This document shows positions 17,098 through 26,404 of a stretch of DNA of 43,045 bases, piece by piece. Numbering within the stretch: position 1 is the stretch's first letter; every line of letters begins with the position of its first letter. The DNA comes from Candidatus Roizmanbacteria bacterium RIFCSPHIGHO2_02_FULL_40_13b (GTDB lineage: Bacteria > Patescibacteriota > Microgenomatia > UBA1406 > HO2-37-13b): positions 1 to 43,045 of the forward strand of contig MFZQ01000010.1 of the NCBI GenBank assembly GCA_001789445.1. The letters run 5' to 3'. The notes below the pieces were generated by a model. It saw nothing but the letters and a program-made list of their open reading frames with translations. It was not told where the DNA came from and made no database searches. A program made the position numbers and the translations under genes.

Positions 17098-18285
17098 ATG
17101 ATGAAGATTGCAATTTTCTCCGATGCGTTTTATCCGCAAGTTAATGGTGTGGTCACTCATATTTTGAATATCGTACCACTTGTTGCAAAAAAAGCAGAGG
17201 TTCACTTATTTGTACCCAACTTCAACAAACCATATCCCGAAAAAATTGAGAATTGCTTTATACATTATGTACCAAGTTTACCGCTCCCCGTTTACCCAGA
17301 TTTTCGCCTCACATCAATCTATTATCCAGGACTCATGGACAAAATTAAGAAAATCAATCCAGATATTATTCATGTTGAGGCACCAGCAACGCTGGGCTGG
17401 TGTGGAGTGATTATTGCCCAAAAATTGCATGTTCCGATTGTAGGAACATTTCATACCTATTTTACCGATCCAGGATTTTTGAGAATTATGAAGCTCGATA
17501 TTGTAGGTCTTGATAAAGCGAAGTGGTTTATCAATGCACTCTGGAAATACTCAAATTGGTTTTACAACAAGGCAGTTGTGACGATTGCCCCGACAAAATT
17601 GGTCGCAAATGATCTCATTAAGCATAAAATTAAGTCAAAAGTAGAAGTAATAAGCGTAGGTATCGATACAAAACCATATCAGCAATTTAACAATTTAACA
17701 ATTCAACAATTCAAAGAAAAATACATTCTAAGTTTGGGTCGGATTGCTCAAGGAAAATCGCTTGATATTTTGGTCAAAGCATTTGCGAAAGCGAGTAAGG
17801 ATGTGCCTGATGTACGACTCAAAATAGCTGGTGACGGCCCTATGCTTGCGGAACTTAAGAATTTGGTAAAAGAGCTCGATATTGAGGAAAAAGTTGACTT
17901 TATTGGGTTTTTACAGAGAGATGAAAAAGTGGCACTGTTTAAGAATGCTACGTGCTTTATTTCAACAAGTATTAGTGAAACATTCGGACTTACTTTTTTG
18001 GAGGCCATGAGTTGTGGAACTCCGGTAATTGGAGCACGTGCCGGAGGAAGCTATGAAATTATCAAAGATTATGGAATTACGTGTGAGGCAGAAGATATTG
18101 ATGCGTTCACAGAAGCGATCATACAAGTTTGTACGGATGAAAAACTGCATAGTGAGCTTTCAAAAAAGGCCCTTGAAGGGGTAAAACCGCATACTGTAGA
18201 AAAAACCGCCGAAAAATTGCTTGAACTTTACGCTTCAGTAAGTACTACTTCTTCTGCGCCACGTACATCTCCTCAACTTCCGTAA
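17098..18285 (+). CDS. Family 4 (GT-B) glycosyltransferase; start may be the second ATG at 17101
   Basis: IAIFSDAFYPQVNGV, GTFHT, LGRIAQGK and SETFGLTFLEAMSCGTPV. Confidence 0.92.
   Translation: MMKIAIFSDAFYPQVNGVVTHILNIVPLVAKKAEVHLFVPNFNKPYPEKIENCFIHYVPSLPLPVYPDFRLTSIYYPGLMDKIKKINPDIIHVEAPATLGWCGVIIAQKLHVPIVGTFHTYFTDPGFLRIMKLDIVGLDKAKWFINALWKYSNWFYNKAVVTIAPTKLVANDLIKHKIKSKVEVISVGIDTKPYQQFNNLTIQQFKEKYILSLGRIAQGKSLDILVKAFAKASKDVPDVRLKIAGDGPMLAELKNLVKELDIEEKVDFIGFLQRDEKVALFKNATCFISTSISETFGLTFLEAMSCGTPVIGARAGGSYEIIKDYGITCEAEDIDAFTEAIIQVCTDEKLHSELSKKALEGVKPHTVEKTAEKLLELYASVSTTSSAPRTSPQLP
17680..17711. repeat. Octamer tandem repeat (YAACAATT x4) inside the GT4 inter-domain linker
   Basis: CAGCAATT TAACAATT TAACAATT CAACAATT, translated as QQFNNLTIQQF. 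Confidence 0.65.
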
Positions 18286-20026
18286 GAGAGGTTGCGTCAG
18301 TTGGCCGCTTGTCTTCTCTAATCGCCTCAAGACGCGGGAAACGAAGTGCATATCCAGGTACATCTACCTCAAAGCCTCCTCCACTTTTTGTACGTTTGAG
18401 CAAACGTCCCGCGGTGTGAATTGATGATCGAGTGAGTTCATCTGCGCGAATTTCAAGCACTATTTCTGGTTTTACCCACACGTCCGGATTCATCAGGTCA
18501 TCACAGTCATAAAGCGCTGGTTTTGCGCTCGATTTGAGCACTTGAGATTTTTTGAACATAAGTCTCCATTCATCATCCGTCAGGCCTGTTCCAATCTTTG
18601 CAACAGTTACAAATTTATCTGTTTTTACATCATATACTCCCACAAGAATTGCGCCAATTCCAAACCCAGACCGTTTCCCCTTACCAAAATCGTAGCCCAT
18701 GACTAAACAATCGATCGTGTCATCTATTTTTGAGCTATAACTCCGTTTATATTTTATCCAGTTAAATCCACGAGCTCCAGGCTGATATGGACCGTCGTCT
18801 CGCTTGATCATAATTCCTTCCAAGCCCTTTGAGATTGCGTCTTCAAACTCGATCTCAATTTGATGAGAATTTTCCATTTTTTGTAGCGGCGAAATGAGAA
18901 TTGTATCAACTGCAACATCTCCTGATACTTTTATGGTGCTATTAAGTAATAATCGTCTCTCAATATGTGGTTTATGGATGAGATTTTGACCGTTTAAATA
19001 GAGAATATCGAACGCAAAAAGTCGAAGTGGAATCTCCACCACTTTTTCACTAATATTGTATTTTCTTTTTCGTTGAACTGTTTCTTGAAATGGTAAAAAT
19101 CCACCCGTTTGAATGTCATATCCAATTGCTTCCCCTTCAAGAATAATCTCCTTGGCCGTAACTTCTTTTTCTATTCCAGCAACAATATCCGGATACATGT
19201 GTGTCACGTCATCAAGTCCACGTGAATAGAGTTTTGTATCGTGCTTATTATGATGAATTTGTAGACGAAATCCATCATATTTGGGTTCAATTATTCCTCG
19301 TTCCACTTTTTCCATGATTTTCTCAACCGAAGCCAAGCGTTCTGCCTTCATCATAATAATGGGAGTGAAAAGAACGGGACCTATCTTTGAAAGTCCTTCA
19401 ATACCCTTTTCTTTTATTGTTTTTCCCAAGAGCCCGAGATCCGGGTTAACCTGATACACTTCCTCTATTTGTTTCCGAAGCGTTTTTCCTCCGGTGAGCA
19501 TCCATGAAAAAGCATCAAGAATCGTCATATCAGAAAAGCCCAAACGAAGTGTATTGGTTGGAATTCGAGCGATAAATCGACACGAAAGTGCATCGAGGCT
19601 CTGTGCAAGCTCGATAATGATCGAGGCCTTGATATCTTGTGAACCAGTGCCCGTAACTTGAGTAAGTTTATAGAGTTTTTCAAAAACTTCTTCAATCGAA
19701 AGGTCGCTCTCCCCAATTACTGTTATACTTCCTCGAAGCTCCTCAATTGTTGTCCCTAAATCACCATTTTTCTGGTACACCTGGTCAAATTGTTTTTTAT
19801 CAATTTGTAAGCCTGAAATAAATGCTTTTGTAAGAAGCTTTTCTGCCATACCAAAATCAGCTTTTTTATAGAGCGGAACAACGCTACCTTGCAATAAATA
19901 GAGTACTTTATCAATTTCCTGCGCGTTTGTCACAGTAAAAAGTTCCGCCAAAATCTCCGTCATTGTAAGCCGAGAAGGCGTTTTTTCTATCCGATCAAAA
20001 AATAAGGAAAGTTCGTGGAAAGTCAT
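18245..20026 (-). CDS. lig: ATP-dependent DNA ligase (archaeal/LigB type with N-terminal DNA-binding domain)
   Basis: EPKYDGFR (motif I), ILEGE, FDILY, EGIMIK, WIKYK and LRFPR. Confidence 0.95.
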   Translation of the reverse strand: MTFHELSLFFDRIEKTPSRLTMTEILAELFTVTNAQEIDKVLYLLQGSVVPLYKKADFGMAEKLLTKAFISGLQIDKKQFDQVYQKNGDLGTTIEELRGSITVIGESDLSIEEVFEKLYKLTQVTGTGSQDIKASIIIELAQSLDALSCRFIARIPTNTLRLGFSDMTILDAFSWMLTGGKTLRKQIEEVYQVNPDLGLLGKTIKEKGIEGLSKIGPVLFTPIIMMKAERLASVEKIMEKVERGIIEPKYDGFRLQIHHNKHDTKLYSRGLDDVTHMYPDIVAGIEKEVTAKEIILEGEAIGYDIQTGGFLPFQETVQRKRKYNISEKVVEIPLRLFAFDILYLNGQNLIHKPHIERRLLLNSTIKVSGDVAVDTILISPLQKMENSHQIEIEFEDAISKGLEGIMIKRDDGPYQPGARGFNWIKYKRSYSSKIDDTIDCLVMGYDFGKGKRSGFGIGAILVGVYDVKTDKFVTVAKIGTGLTDDEWRLMFKKSQVLKSSAKPALYDCDDLMNPDVWVKPEIVLEIRADELTRSSIHTAGRLLKRTKSGGGFEVDVPGYALRFPRLEAIREDKRPTDATSLTEVEEMYVAQKK

Positions 20027-20078
20027 ACTCGTTATTATACTAGAGAGATCGAGGGCTGGAGAGTTAGATAATCGAGCG

Positions 20079-20158
20079 TAGATACCTGTTTCGAGAACAA
20101 CTGGGGTGCCAGTTTAAAGCGGGGGTCCCCACTTGTTCGAGAAATGGGTATCAAGCGA
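20079..20158. repeat. 80-nt GC-rich hairpin element, copy B
   Basis: TAGATACC...GGTATCAAGCGA with stems GATACCTGTTTC/GAAATGGGTATC, GAACAA/TTGTTC and TGGGG/CCCCA. Confidence 0.6.
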
Positions 20159-20163
20159 GATTA

Positions 20164-20346
20164 TTATTTAAATAAAAACAAGTATGCCAGGGCGATGATG
20201 ACGAGAAATACGATTCCGACAATGAAGATGAAAAATCCATCCTCTTGGTGGACCATTTTGTACAGTCCTTCGAACATGAAGGTGAGAGCAAAAAGCGAAG
20301 GTAGAACGAAGGCAATATAAATAAATTCAGGCGCTTTAGTGTCCAT
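20164..20346 (-). CDS. Small two-TM membrane protein (60 aa)
   Basis: ATG 12 nt after the Fic stop; two clear hydrophobic helices. Confidence 0.65.
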   Translation of the reverse strand: MDTKAPEFIYIAFVLPSLFALTFMFEGLYKMVHQEDGFFIFIVGIVFLVIIALAYLFLFK

Positions 20347-20358
20347 TCTAATTTCATT

Positions 20359-21402
20359 CTACACCATTACATACCGTGCCGCTTTTGTTTTCCCAATTTT
20401 CTTGATAATCCCTTTTTCTATGAGATCTTTAACATCACGAAGTACTGTATCTTCTGAAACATCATCAAATACAGAGTTAAATGATTGATTCTGCAAATAT
20501 CCGATACTTTGAATGTACTCGATAATCTTCGTTTGTCGATCCGTCAGGAAGACTTGTTTTCCCCCCAATTTCTGTTTCAAATATGTATCTTTTGAAAGTC
20601 GAAGTACATTTAACTTAACTCTCTCAAACTCAATAGATACGCCCCGGACAAAGTATTCAAGCCAAGAAGTGAGGTCACCATCGGAAGCCTTATGTAAATT
20701 TTCATAGTACGAGTATGCGTCTTTGTCATAAAACTCCTCAAGCGAGAAAAAACGACGAATATCATATTTTCCTAGGAATAAGATGAGTGTTGCAAGCGCC
20801 CTCGACACTCGCCCATTTCCATCGATAAACGGGTGGATGCGAACAAGCTCGTGATGCACAATACCAGCTTTTAATATTGGGTGAATTTCTTCGTCACTGT
20901 ATTTATTGATCCAATACAGGAATTCACGCATGAGAAATGGAACTTCAAGTGGTGCGGGAGGGCGAAATGTAATCTCTCCATTTTCACTATTTCGAATAAC
21001 CACTTGCTTCGTGCGATATTCTCCCGACTGATCTTCTGGCAAGATTTTGTGCACTACTACTCGGTGCAACTTTTTAATAAGTGCCTCGCTCACCCGCTCA
21101 ACTTCCCGTTCCGTCTCATCTTCAATTACCTCCAAAACTCGCCGGTAATTGATAACTTCCTGTACATCTCGAGCATGACCTAAAATATCCCGGCCCAACA
21201 GTACGTCTTTTGCTTCAGATAGATTTAGTTTATTTCCTTCAATATGCGTGCCATGGTGTGATTGGCGAATTATTGCGTCTTCTCGAAATCGTTTTTCCCA
21301 GAGTGGCAAAAGCGGCGCATCGGCAATTACTTCACGAGCCCCTTCTATCTTGCCAATATTACGAAGTAGTGTGTTTGTGATGGTATATTTGGGATCAAAC
21401 AT
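20359..21402 (-). CDS. Fic-domain AMP transferase with N-terminal inhibitory motif and C-terminal winged HTH
   Basis: HPFIDGNGRVSR catalytic motif; THIEGN motif; VSEDTVLRDVKDLIEKGII wHTH; start MFDPKY. Confidence 0.92.
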   Translation of the reverse strand: MFDPKYTITNTLLRNIGKIEGAREVIADAPLLPLWEKRFREDAIIRQSHHGTHIEGNKLNLSEAKDVLLGRDILGHARDVQEVINYRRVLEVIEDETEREVERVSEALIKKLHRVVVHKILPEDQSGEYRTKQVVIRNSENGEITFRPPAPLEVPFLMREFLYWINKYSDEEIHPILKAGIVHHELVRIHPFIDGNGRVSRALATLILFLGKYDIRRFFSLEEFYDKDAYSYYENLHKASDGDLTSWLEYFVRGVSIEFERVKLNVLRLSKDTYLKQKLGGKQVFLTDRQTKIIEYIQSIGYLQNQSFNSVFDDVSEDTVLRDVKDLIEKGIIKKIGKTKAARYVMV

Positions 21403-21412
21403 TATCCTGTCA

Positions 21413-22465
21413 TTATAAGCTTGAAGGTAGTTGGTTATCAATAGTCCTCGAAGATAAGAACCTAAAGTCTGTAATTTTATAGAGTATTGTGTCGATAAGA
21501 ACGCTGAAATCTGTTCCTACATCTTTTATGTCTAAAATTTGTGTTTTTATTCGTTTTGTGCGATTTTGGATATCATGGCAAACGCTTATTGTTATGCCAT
21601 ATTCATCAGATTTTGTCTGGAACCATTCCAAATCCTTTTTTGAAGCTTCTTGCGAACCAAAAAAAGAAAGAAACTGTTTTTTATCCGATTCATTTACTCT
21701 TTCAAGAAATAACGTGGTAAAAACCGTATTTTTTCCTTCCTTAATATCTGAATCTGCGGGTTTTCCGATACTCTTTTCTTGTCCAAACGATCCAACAAAA
21801 TCATCATATATTTGAAATGTTATTCCTAAATCGAGTAATATCCGCGACCACATATCAATCTCTTTTTGCGAAGTTTGCGCAAGTACCATACCCATACCAG
21901 CCGGTTTTTCAAATGTATATTGTGCTGTTTTTAGTTTCATTACCGTGAAAATATCATCATTTTTCTGAACATCCAAATATTCTCCAATGAGTGTTTCTTG
22001 CTTGAATGAATTATATAGTTTGTTAAGAGAGTCTTTTTGTTTTATTGGCATTTCAAGGTGAGTAAGCGCGTCAATATATAGTTCGTCAGCTATGGTGAGC
22101 GCAAGATCTCCCAAAAGGATCGCCGTTTCAGTTCTGTAAAGCTCGTGAATCGTTGCTTTTCCTCGACGGAGTGATGATTTATCGATAATATCATCGTGAA
22201 TAAGTGCGAGCGCATGTACAAATTCTATTGAAAGCGCTACTTTCCAAATTTCAGAGTCTTCTACTTTGGTACTTTTCCAGTTTTGGTATGCAAAATAAAA
22301 AATCGCAGGGCGGATATGCTTACTTTTTCGATTCATAAATTCAGAAAGTATGTCTATAAGTTTTGATCCGTCGGAATGAACTAAGCTATACGCTTCTTTT
22401 TTTTTGAGAAGATATATGTTGAGTTTTTTTAGAAATAAAGTATCAAAATCTTCTAGAAGTTTCAT
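21413..22465 (-). CDS. Trans-polyprenyl diphosphate synthase (FPP/GGPP synthase family)
   Basis: KHIRP, LIHDDIIDKSSLRRGK, GD, KTA, FQIYDD, GK and DIKEGK. Confidence 0.92.
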   Translation of the reverse strand: MKLLEDFDTLFLKKLNIYLLKKKEAYSLVHSDGSKLIDILSEFMNRKSKHIRPAIFYFAYQNWKSTKVEDSEIWKVALSIEFVHALALIHDDIIDKSSLRRGKATIHELYRTETAILLGDLALTIADELYIDALTHLEMPIKQKDSLNKLYNSFKQETLIGEYLDVQKNDDIFTVMKLKTAQYTFEKPAGMGMVLAQTSQKEIDMWSRILLDLGITFQIYDDFVGSFGQEKSIGKPADSDIKEGKNTVFTTLFLERVNESDKKQFLSFFGSQEASKKDLEWFQTKSDEYGITISVCHDIQNRTKRIKTQILDIKDVGTDFSVLIDTILYKITDFRFLSSRTIDNQLPSSL

Positions 22466-23142
22466 TTTCCAAATCTCCTTTCTCGTGAAGAAAATTCAGT
22501 AACGATTTTCTCAAGTTCACTATCTTTAAAATCGGGAAAAAGTGTATCTGTAAAAAACAATTCGCTATAAACTGATTGCCACGGTAAAAATCCAGAAAGT
22601 CGATGCTCTCCGCCGGTTCGTATAATAATATCCGGGTCAGGAGTACCAGCAGTATCAAGTGCTGAATCAAAATCGGCCTCCGTTACTTTCTCCTTACTCG
22701 TATGAGTGTTCACCGCGCGGATTATTTCATCACGACCACCATAATTTAACGCAAGAATTACTGTAATCGCCTTGTTGTCTTTAGATTCTTCTTCAACTTT
22801 TGTAATTATCTTACGAAGGTCGTTAGGTAGCTCTTCAATATTTCCAATAAATGTAAGCTTGACATCTTTCTCTTGCAGTTTTGATACATCTTTGCTGAAA
22901 TGAAGCTTCATTAATTGAAACAATATCGCCATTTCACGTTCGCTTCTTTTTCTTTCGTTTTCCGTAGAAAGGACCCAAAATGTAATATATGGAATACTCA
23001 TACGAGCCGCTTTTTCAACAAGTTCGAAAAAAACATGTTCTGCTGAATATTTATGACCAGTATCTTCTGGCAATCCCTTGGCCCGTGCCCAACGCCTGTT
23101 GCCATCACAAATAATAGCCACATGTTGTGGAGGTTTGTCCAT
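22462..23142 (-). CDS. uppS: Undecaprenyl diphosphate synthase (cis-prenyltransferase)
   Basis: HVAIICDGNRRWA, STEN, NYGGRDE and DPDIIIRTGGEHRLSGFLPWQ. Confidence 0.96.
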   Translation of the reverse strand: MDKPPQHVAIICDGNRRWARAKGLPEDTGHKYSAEHVFFELVEKAARMSIPYITFWVLSTENERKRSEREMAILFQLMKLHFSKDVSKLQEKDVKLTFIGNIEELPNDLRKIITKVEEESKDNKAITVILALNYGGRDEIIRAVNTHTSKEKVTEADFDSALDTAGTPDPDIIIRTGGEHRLSGFLPWQSVYSELFFTDTLFPDFKDSELEKIVTEFSSRERRFGK

Positions 23143-23159
23143 ACTATCTTTAGTCGTAG

Positions 23160-23188
23160 TTGACAGTAAAAATCATTTGTACTACACT
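23160..23188 (+). promoter_or_regulatory. Sigma70 promoter of the pilin pair (leaderless)
   Basis: TTGACA (23160-23165), 17 nt, TACACT (23183-23188), ATG 6 nt later. Confidence 0.75.
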
Positions 23189-23194
23189 CTTCCT

Positions 23195-23494
23195 ATGCGA
23201 CCACTATTTGCACTTGAGATCGATTCATCTATTTATGCGCCTGCCAACGTTCCATCAATCGGTTCACTTATGAATGTCTTTATTCCGCTTGTAATGACTA
23301 CTGCTTCTATTATTTTTTTATTTATGCTACTTTTTGGAGGATTCAAGATTTTGACGGCGGGGGGAAGTGCCGAAAATTTTAAAAAAGCTCAACAATTGAT
23401 CACGTGGGCAGTTGTTGGTTTTGGTTTGATTGTGTTGAGCTTTCTCATTGTAAAAGTGATAGGATATATTACGAACGTACCAATTTTATTATGA
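23195..23494 (+). CDS. VirB2/TrbC-type pilin (CPR pilin)
   Basis: IIFLFMLLFGGFKILTAGGSAENFKKAQQLITWAVVGFGLIVLSFLI; start MRPLFA. Confidence 0.85.
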   Translation: MRPLFALEIDSSIYAPANVPSIGSLMNVFIPLVMTTASIIFLFMLLFGGFKILTAGGSAENFKKAQQLITWAVVGFGLIVLSFLIVKVIGYITNVPILL

Positions 23495-23919
23495 AACTAG
23501 CACAAGATGTAGGCGACGCATTTGGAAAAATAACTCCACCTCCCGGTGCATTCAATGTCGATCCAGTGTATGGACTGGGTAAAATTATCACCACTGGTAT
23601 CCAACTGGTACTTGCAGCTGCAGGAATTATGCTTCTTTTCTATCTCATGTGGGGAGGATTTGATTGGCTTATGTCAGGAGGCGACAAAGAAAAACTCATG
23701 CAGGCACAGCAAAAATTAACAAATGCAATTATTGGACTGTTTGTTATTATTGGTGCACTAACGATATTTACATATGTTACTGGAAATTTACTTGGTATTA
23801 TCAAGGTGGGTAACGGTTTTCACTTCACGCTCCCAACACTTGATGATACAAAAATAGAAAGTCGTCCAACCCCTTGTCTACTACCTCCAGGAAAAGGCGG
23901 ACCCCCTGTTCCGTGCTAA
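23491..23919 (+). CDS. VirB2/TrbC-type pilin (CPR pilin)
   Basis: LLFYLMWGGFDWLMSGGDKEKLMQAQQKLTNAIIGL; ATGA coupling with the upstream pilin. Confidence 0.85.
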   Translation: MKLAQDVGDAFGKITPPPGAFNVDPVYGLGKIITTGIQLVLAAAGIMLLFYLMWGGFDWLMSGGDKEKLMQAQQKLTNAIIGLFVIIGALTIFTYVTGNLLGIIKVGNGFHFTLPTLDDTKIESRPTPCLLPPGKGGPPVPC

Positions 23920-24503
23920 ATAAATGGAATTCTTGAAAGCGATAAAAAATATAAGCCGTACGAATATGGCACAAGGAGCATTCCATACAGAATCATTAAA
24001 AATATCGTTGTTGTAAAATCTGTCTTTAAATTAAAACGAATCCCCAAGTAGAGAAGTGTCAATTTCCATAAAAATATAGTTACAGATAAACAGATATATA
24101 CAATGCTAAAAAATATTCCTAATGAGGAATAACTTCTTGGAGGAGGAAGACTGATAAATAAAAATAGTGTGAGATAAAACCAGATAAGTGTTGGGATAAG
24201 AGTAAAGCTGAATGTATTAATAATATGAAGCAGTTGTACTTTTGGCTTTGTAAAAAAAGACATCGTATAAAAAAATATGATCGATGGAATAAACGTTAAA
24301 ATAAAACTAATAAATCCACCCCATCCTCTTCCTGCAAAATAGTTTGAAAGTAAAAAATAACTAAAAACAAAAAATAAGACTCCGTAAACTTGTCCACTAT
24401 AAAAAGTGGAGGAGAATCGTCGCATTGTTTTATACGGAGAAAATATGAGTCCAGAAATCGTGTTGATAAATAAAACAATTGAGGTTAAGAGTTCAGAAAC
24501 CAT
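23916..24503 (-). CDS. Yip1-like multi-pass membrane protein
   Basis: GLIFSPYKTMRR N-terminal motif and about 5 TM helices; start MVSELL overlaps the upstream gene. Confidence 0.65.
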   Translation of the reverse strand: MVSELLTSIVLFINTISGLIFSPYKTMRRFSSTFYSGQVYGVLFFVFSYFLLSNYFAGRGWGGFISFILTFIPSIIFFYTMSFFTKPKVQLLHIINTFSFTLIPTLIWFYLTLFLFISLPPPRSYSSLGIFFSIVYICLSVTIFLWKLTLLYLGIRFNLKTDFTTTIFLMILYGMLLVPYSYGLYFLSLSRIPFI

Positions 24504-24729
24504 ATTGAAGGATGCTTGCAAGTCTGACTACTAAATATCCAATAGAGAGATAGAGCGAAACTACCAACAGTATTGCGACAGGAATATATATTTGAAATGG
24601 AAGATATTTTAATCGTGAAGTGATTGTTCTAAAAACTCCATCTAAAATTGTATTACTAAATTTATTTGGTGAAATAACATACACTTCATTAAGTTTTTTT
24701 TGTAAAGATAGGTATGTTTGATCACTCAT
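24493..24729 (-). CDS. Small single-TM protein (78 aa), candidate anti-sigma factor
   Basis: Start MSDQTY overlaps the sigma stop; soluble N-terminus plus C-terminal TM. Confidence 0.6.
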   Translation of the reverse strand: MSDQTYLSLQKKLNEVYVISPNKFSNTILDGVFRTITSRLKYLPFQIYIPVAILLVVSLYLSIGYLVVRLASILQYGF

Positions 24730-25273
24730 AATTTTTATATTCTGCAATAAATGCGCGCCTAGCTCTAAATAACAAACTTTCGGTTGTTTTAAACGGCTGA
24801 CCAAGTGTATCTGCAATTTCCGCAACAGAAAAGTCCTCTATGTACTTTAGTCGTAATATATGGGCATAATCATGCGGAAGTTGCGTTAGAACATGAGTTA
24901 TTTTTTTTAAGAGATAATCCCTGTCCAGTTCATCATCAAGAAGAACGGTCGCGAATGAGTCAATAATAAAAGCTGGAATATGAGAGAAAAATATTTTTCG
25001 AATCTTTTTTCGGCGCAGTTTATCGATAATTTTATATTTTGCAATGGAAAATAAATATGTTTTTAAACTCGATTGACCTCGGAAATCTCGAAGTCCTTCA
25101 ATAAAATTCAAAAAAACGTCTTGCATAACTTCCTCCGCTTCCCCATGATCAGCAATCGTTTTTTGAATAAAAGAGAAAAGTGGCTTTTTGTGTTTGGAAT
25201 AAAAGGTAAAAAGTGCCCGCTCATCTCGATTGATGAGATGAGAGAGGAGCTTTTGGTCCTGAATCGAAAGCAT
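24722..25273 (-). CDS. ECF RNA polymerase sigma factor
   Basis: AEEVMQDVF and FRGQSSLKTYLFSIAKYKIIDKLR (region 2); LKYIEDFSVAEIADTLG...SLLFRAR (region 4). Confidence 0.93.
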   Translation of the reverse strand: MLSIQDQKLLSHLINRDERALFTFYSKHKKPLFSFIQKTIADHGEAEEVMQDVFLNFIEGLRDFRGQSSLKTYLFSIAKYKIIDKLRRKKIRKIFFSHIPAFIIDSFATVLLDDELDRDYLLKKITHVLTQLPHDYAHILRLKYIEDFSVAEIADTLGQPFKTTESLLFRARRAFIAEYKNYE

Positions 25274-25293
25274 ACACTAATTATATCATTAAA

Positions 25294-25378
25294 TTCTCCC
25301 TCTCTCCCAATCCCCCCATCTTCCTCTCCCCACCTCCCACACCCCCTATCTCCCATACTCCTCCTCACCTCCTCTTTT
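25294..25378. repeat. Pyrimidine/C-rich low-complexity tract with ~8-9-nt degenerate periodicity
   Basis: TTCTCCCTCTCTCCCAATCCCCCCATCTTCCTCTCCCCACCTCCCACACCCCCTATCTCCCATACTCCTCCTCACCTCCTCTTTT contains no G. Confidence 0.7.
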
Positions 25379-25394
25379 AGAGTATAATAACCCC

Positions 25395-26351
25395 ATGCTT
25401 ATCGACGAAGTCCAAATAGATGTTCATGCCGGAAATGGTGGTCACGGTAGTGTTTCGTTTCGTCGTGAAAAATTTGTGCCAAAAGGCGGACCAGACGGTG
25501 GAAATGGAGGAAAGGGAGGGGACATATATTTTATCGGTGTTTCAGATCTCGGCGCTCTTTTACAATTTCAATCTAAAAAAGAAATTCGGGCAGATGATGG
25601 AAAACCCGGTACAGCTAAAAAATGTGAAGGGCATGGAGGAGCAGACTTATTGATTCGAATTCCTATTGGGACAAGTGTTCTTGACCTGCTAACAAATAAG
25701 ACAGTTGAAATTGAAACCGTTGATCAGAAAGTGCTTATCGCAAAAGGCGGATGGGGAGGAAAAGGAAATTTTGAACTGCGAAGCGCCAGCAATCAAACCC
25801 CGATGAGCGCACTTCCTGGCAAGCCCGGAGCGTTTACGACACTCCTCTTGAACCTTCGATTCATTGCGGATGTTGGATTTATTGGACTTCCAAATGCGGG
25901 TAAAAGTAGCCTTTTAAACGCACTCACCAATGCGCATGCAAAAATTGGGAACTATCCATTTACAACGCTGGAGCCAAACTTAGGAAAAATGGATCATTTA
26001 ATCTTGGCAGATATTCCGGGGCTCATCGAGGGCGCACATAATGGAAAAGGGCTCGGAACAAAATTTCTCAAACATATCAGTAAAACAAAACTTCTCGTTC
26101 ACTGTATCGACTCATCTTCGGAAGATGTTCTGGGAGACTACAAAACGATTCGAAAGGAGCTTGAAGAACACGATGAATCACTCCTCTCAAAACCAGAGAT
26201 CATCGTTCTCACCAAATCTGATCTGGTAGATAAAAAAGAGATGAAGAAAAAAGTAACAGCTTTGAAAAAACTTAAGAAAGAGATACTCGTTTGTTCCGTG
26301 TTGGATGATGAAGAACTTAAGATCCTCAAACAAAAAATACTTACTATTTAG
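25395..26351 (+). CDS. obgE: GTPase Obg/CgtA
   Basis: FRREKFVPKGGPDGGNGGKGG, GLPNAGKSS, YPFTT, DIPGLIEGA and TKSD. Confidence 0.97.
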   Translation: MLIDEVQIDVHAGNGGHGSVSFRREKFVPKGGPDGGNGGKGGDIYFIGVSDLGALLQFQSKKEIRADDGKPGTAKKCEGHGGADLLIRIPIGTSVLDLLTNKTVEIETVDQKVLIAKGGWGGKGNFELRSASNQTPMSALPGKPGAFTTLLLNLRFIADVGFIGLPNAGKSSLLNALTNAHAKIGNYPFTTLEPNLGKMDHLILADIPGLIEGAHNGKGLGTKFLKHISKTKLLVHCIDSSSEDVLGDYKTIRKELEEHDESLLSKPEIIVLTKSDLVDKKEMKKKVTALKKLKKEILVCSVLDDEELKILKQKILTI

Positions 26352-26366
26352 GGCTTTATAATAATA

Positions 26367-26389
26367 CTTTTAACTCCGGGGGTTCAAAG
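26367..26389. repeat. 23-bp palindrome, copy 1
   Basis: CTTTTAACTCCGGGGGTTCAAAG, 22/23 identical to 39302-39324. Confidence 0.7.
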
Positions 26390-26404
26390 GATTGTTGGGA
26401 CAGC

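Noticed and set aside
18245-18285. 41-bp convergent overlap of the GT4 and ligase genes as a regulatory device
   Set aside because: The GT4 tail (STTSSAPRTSPQLP) looks like simple stop-codon drift, which is common in compact genomes
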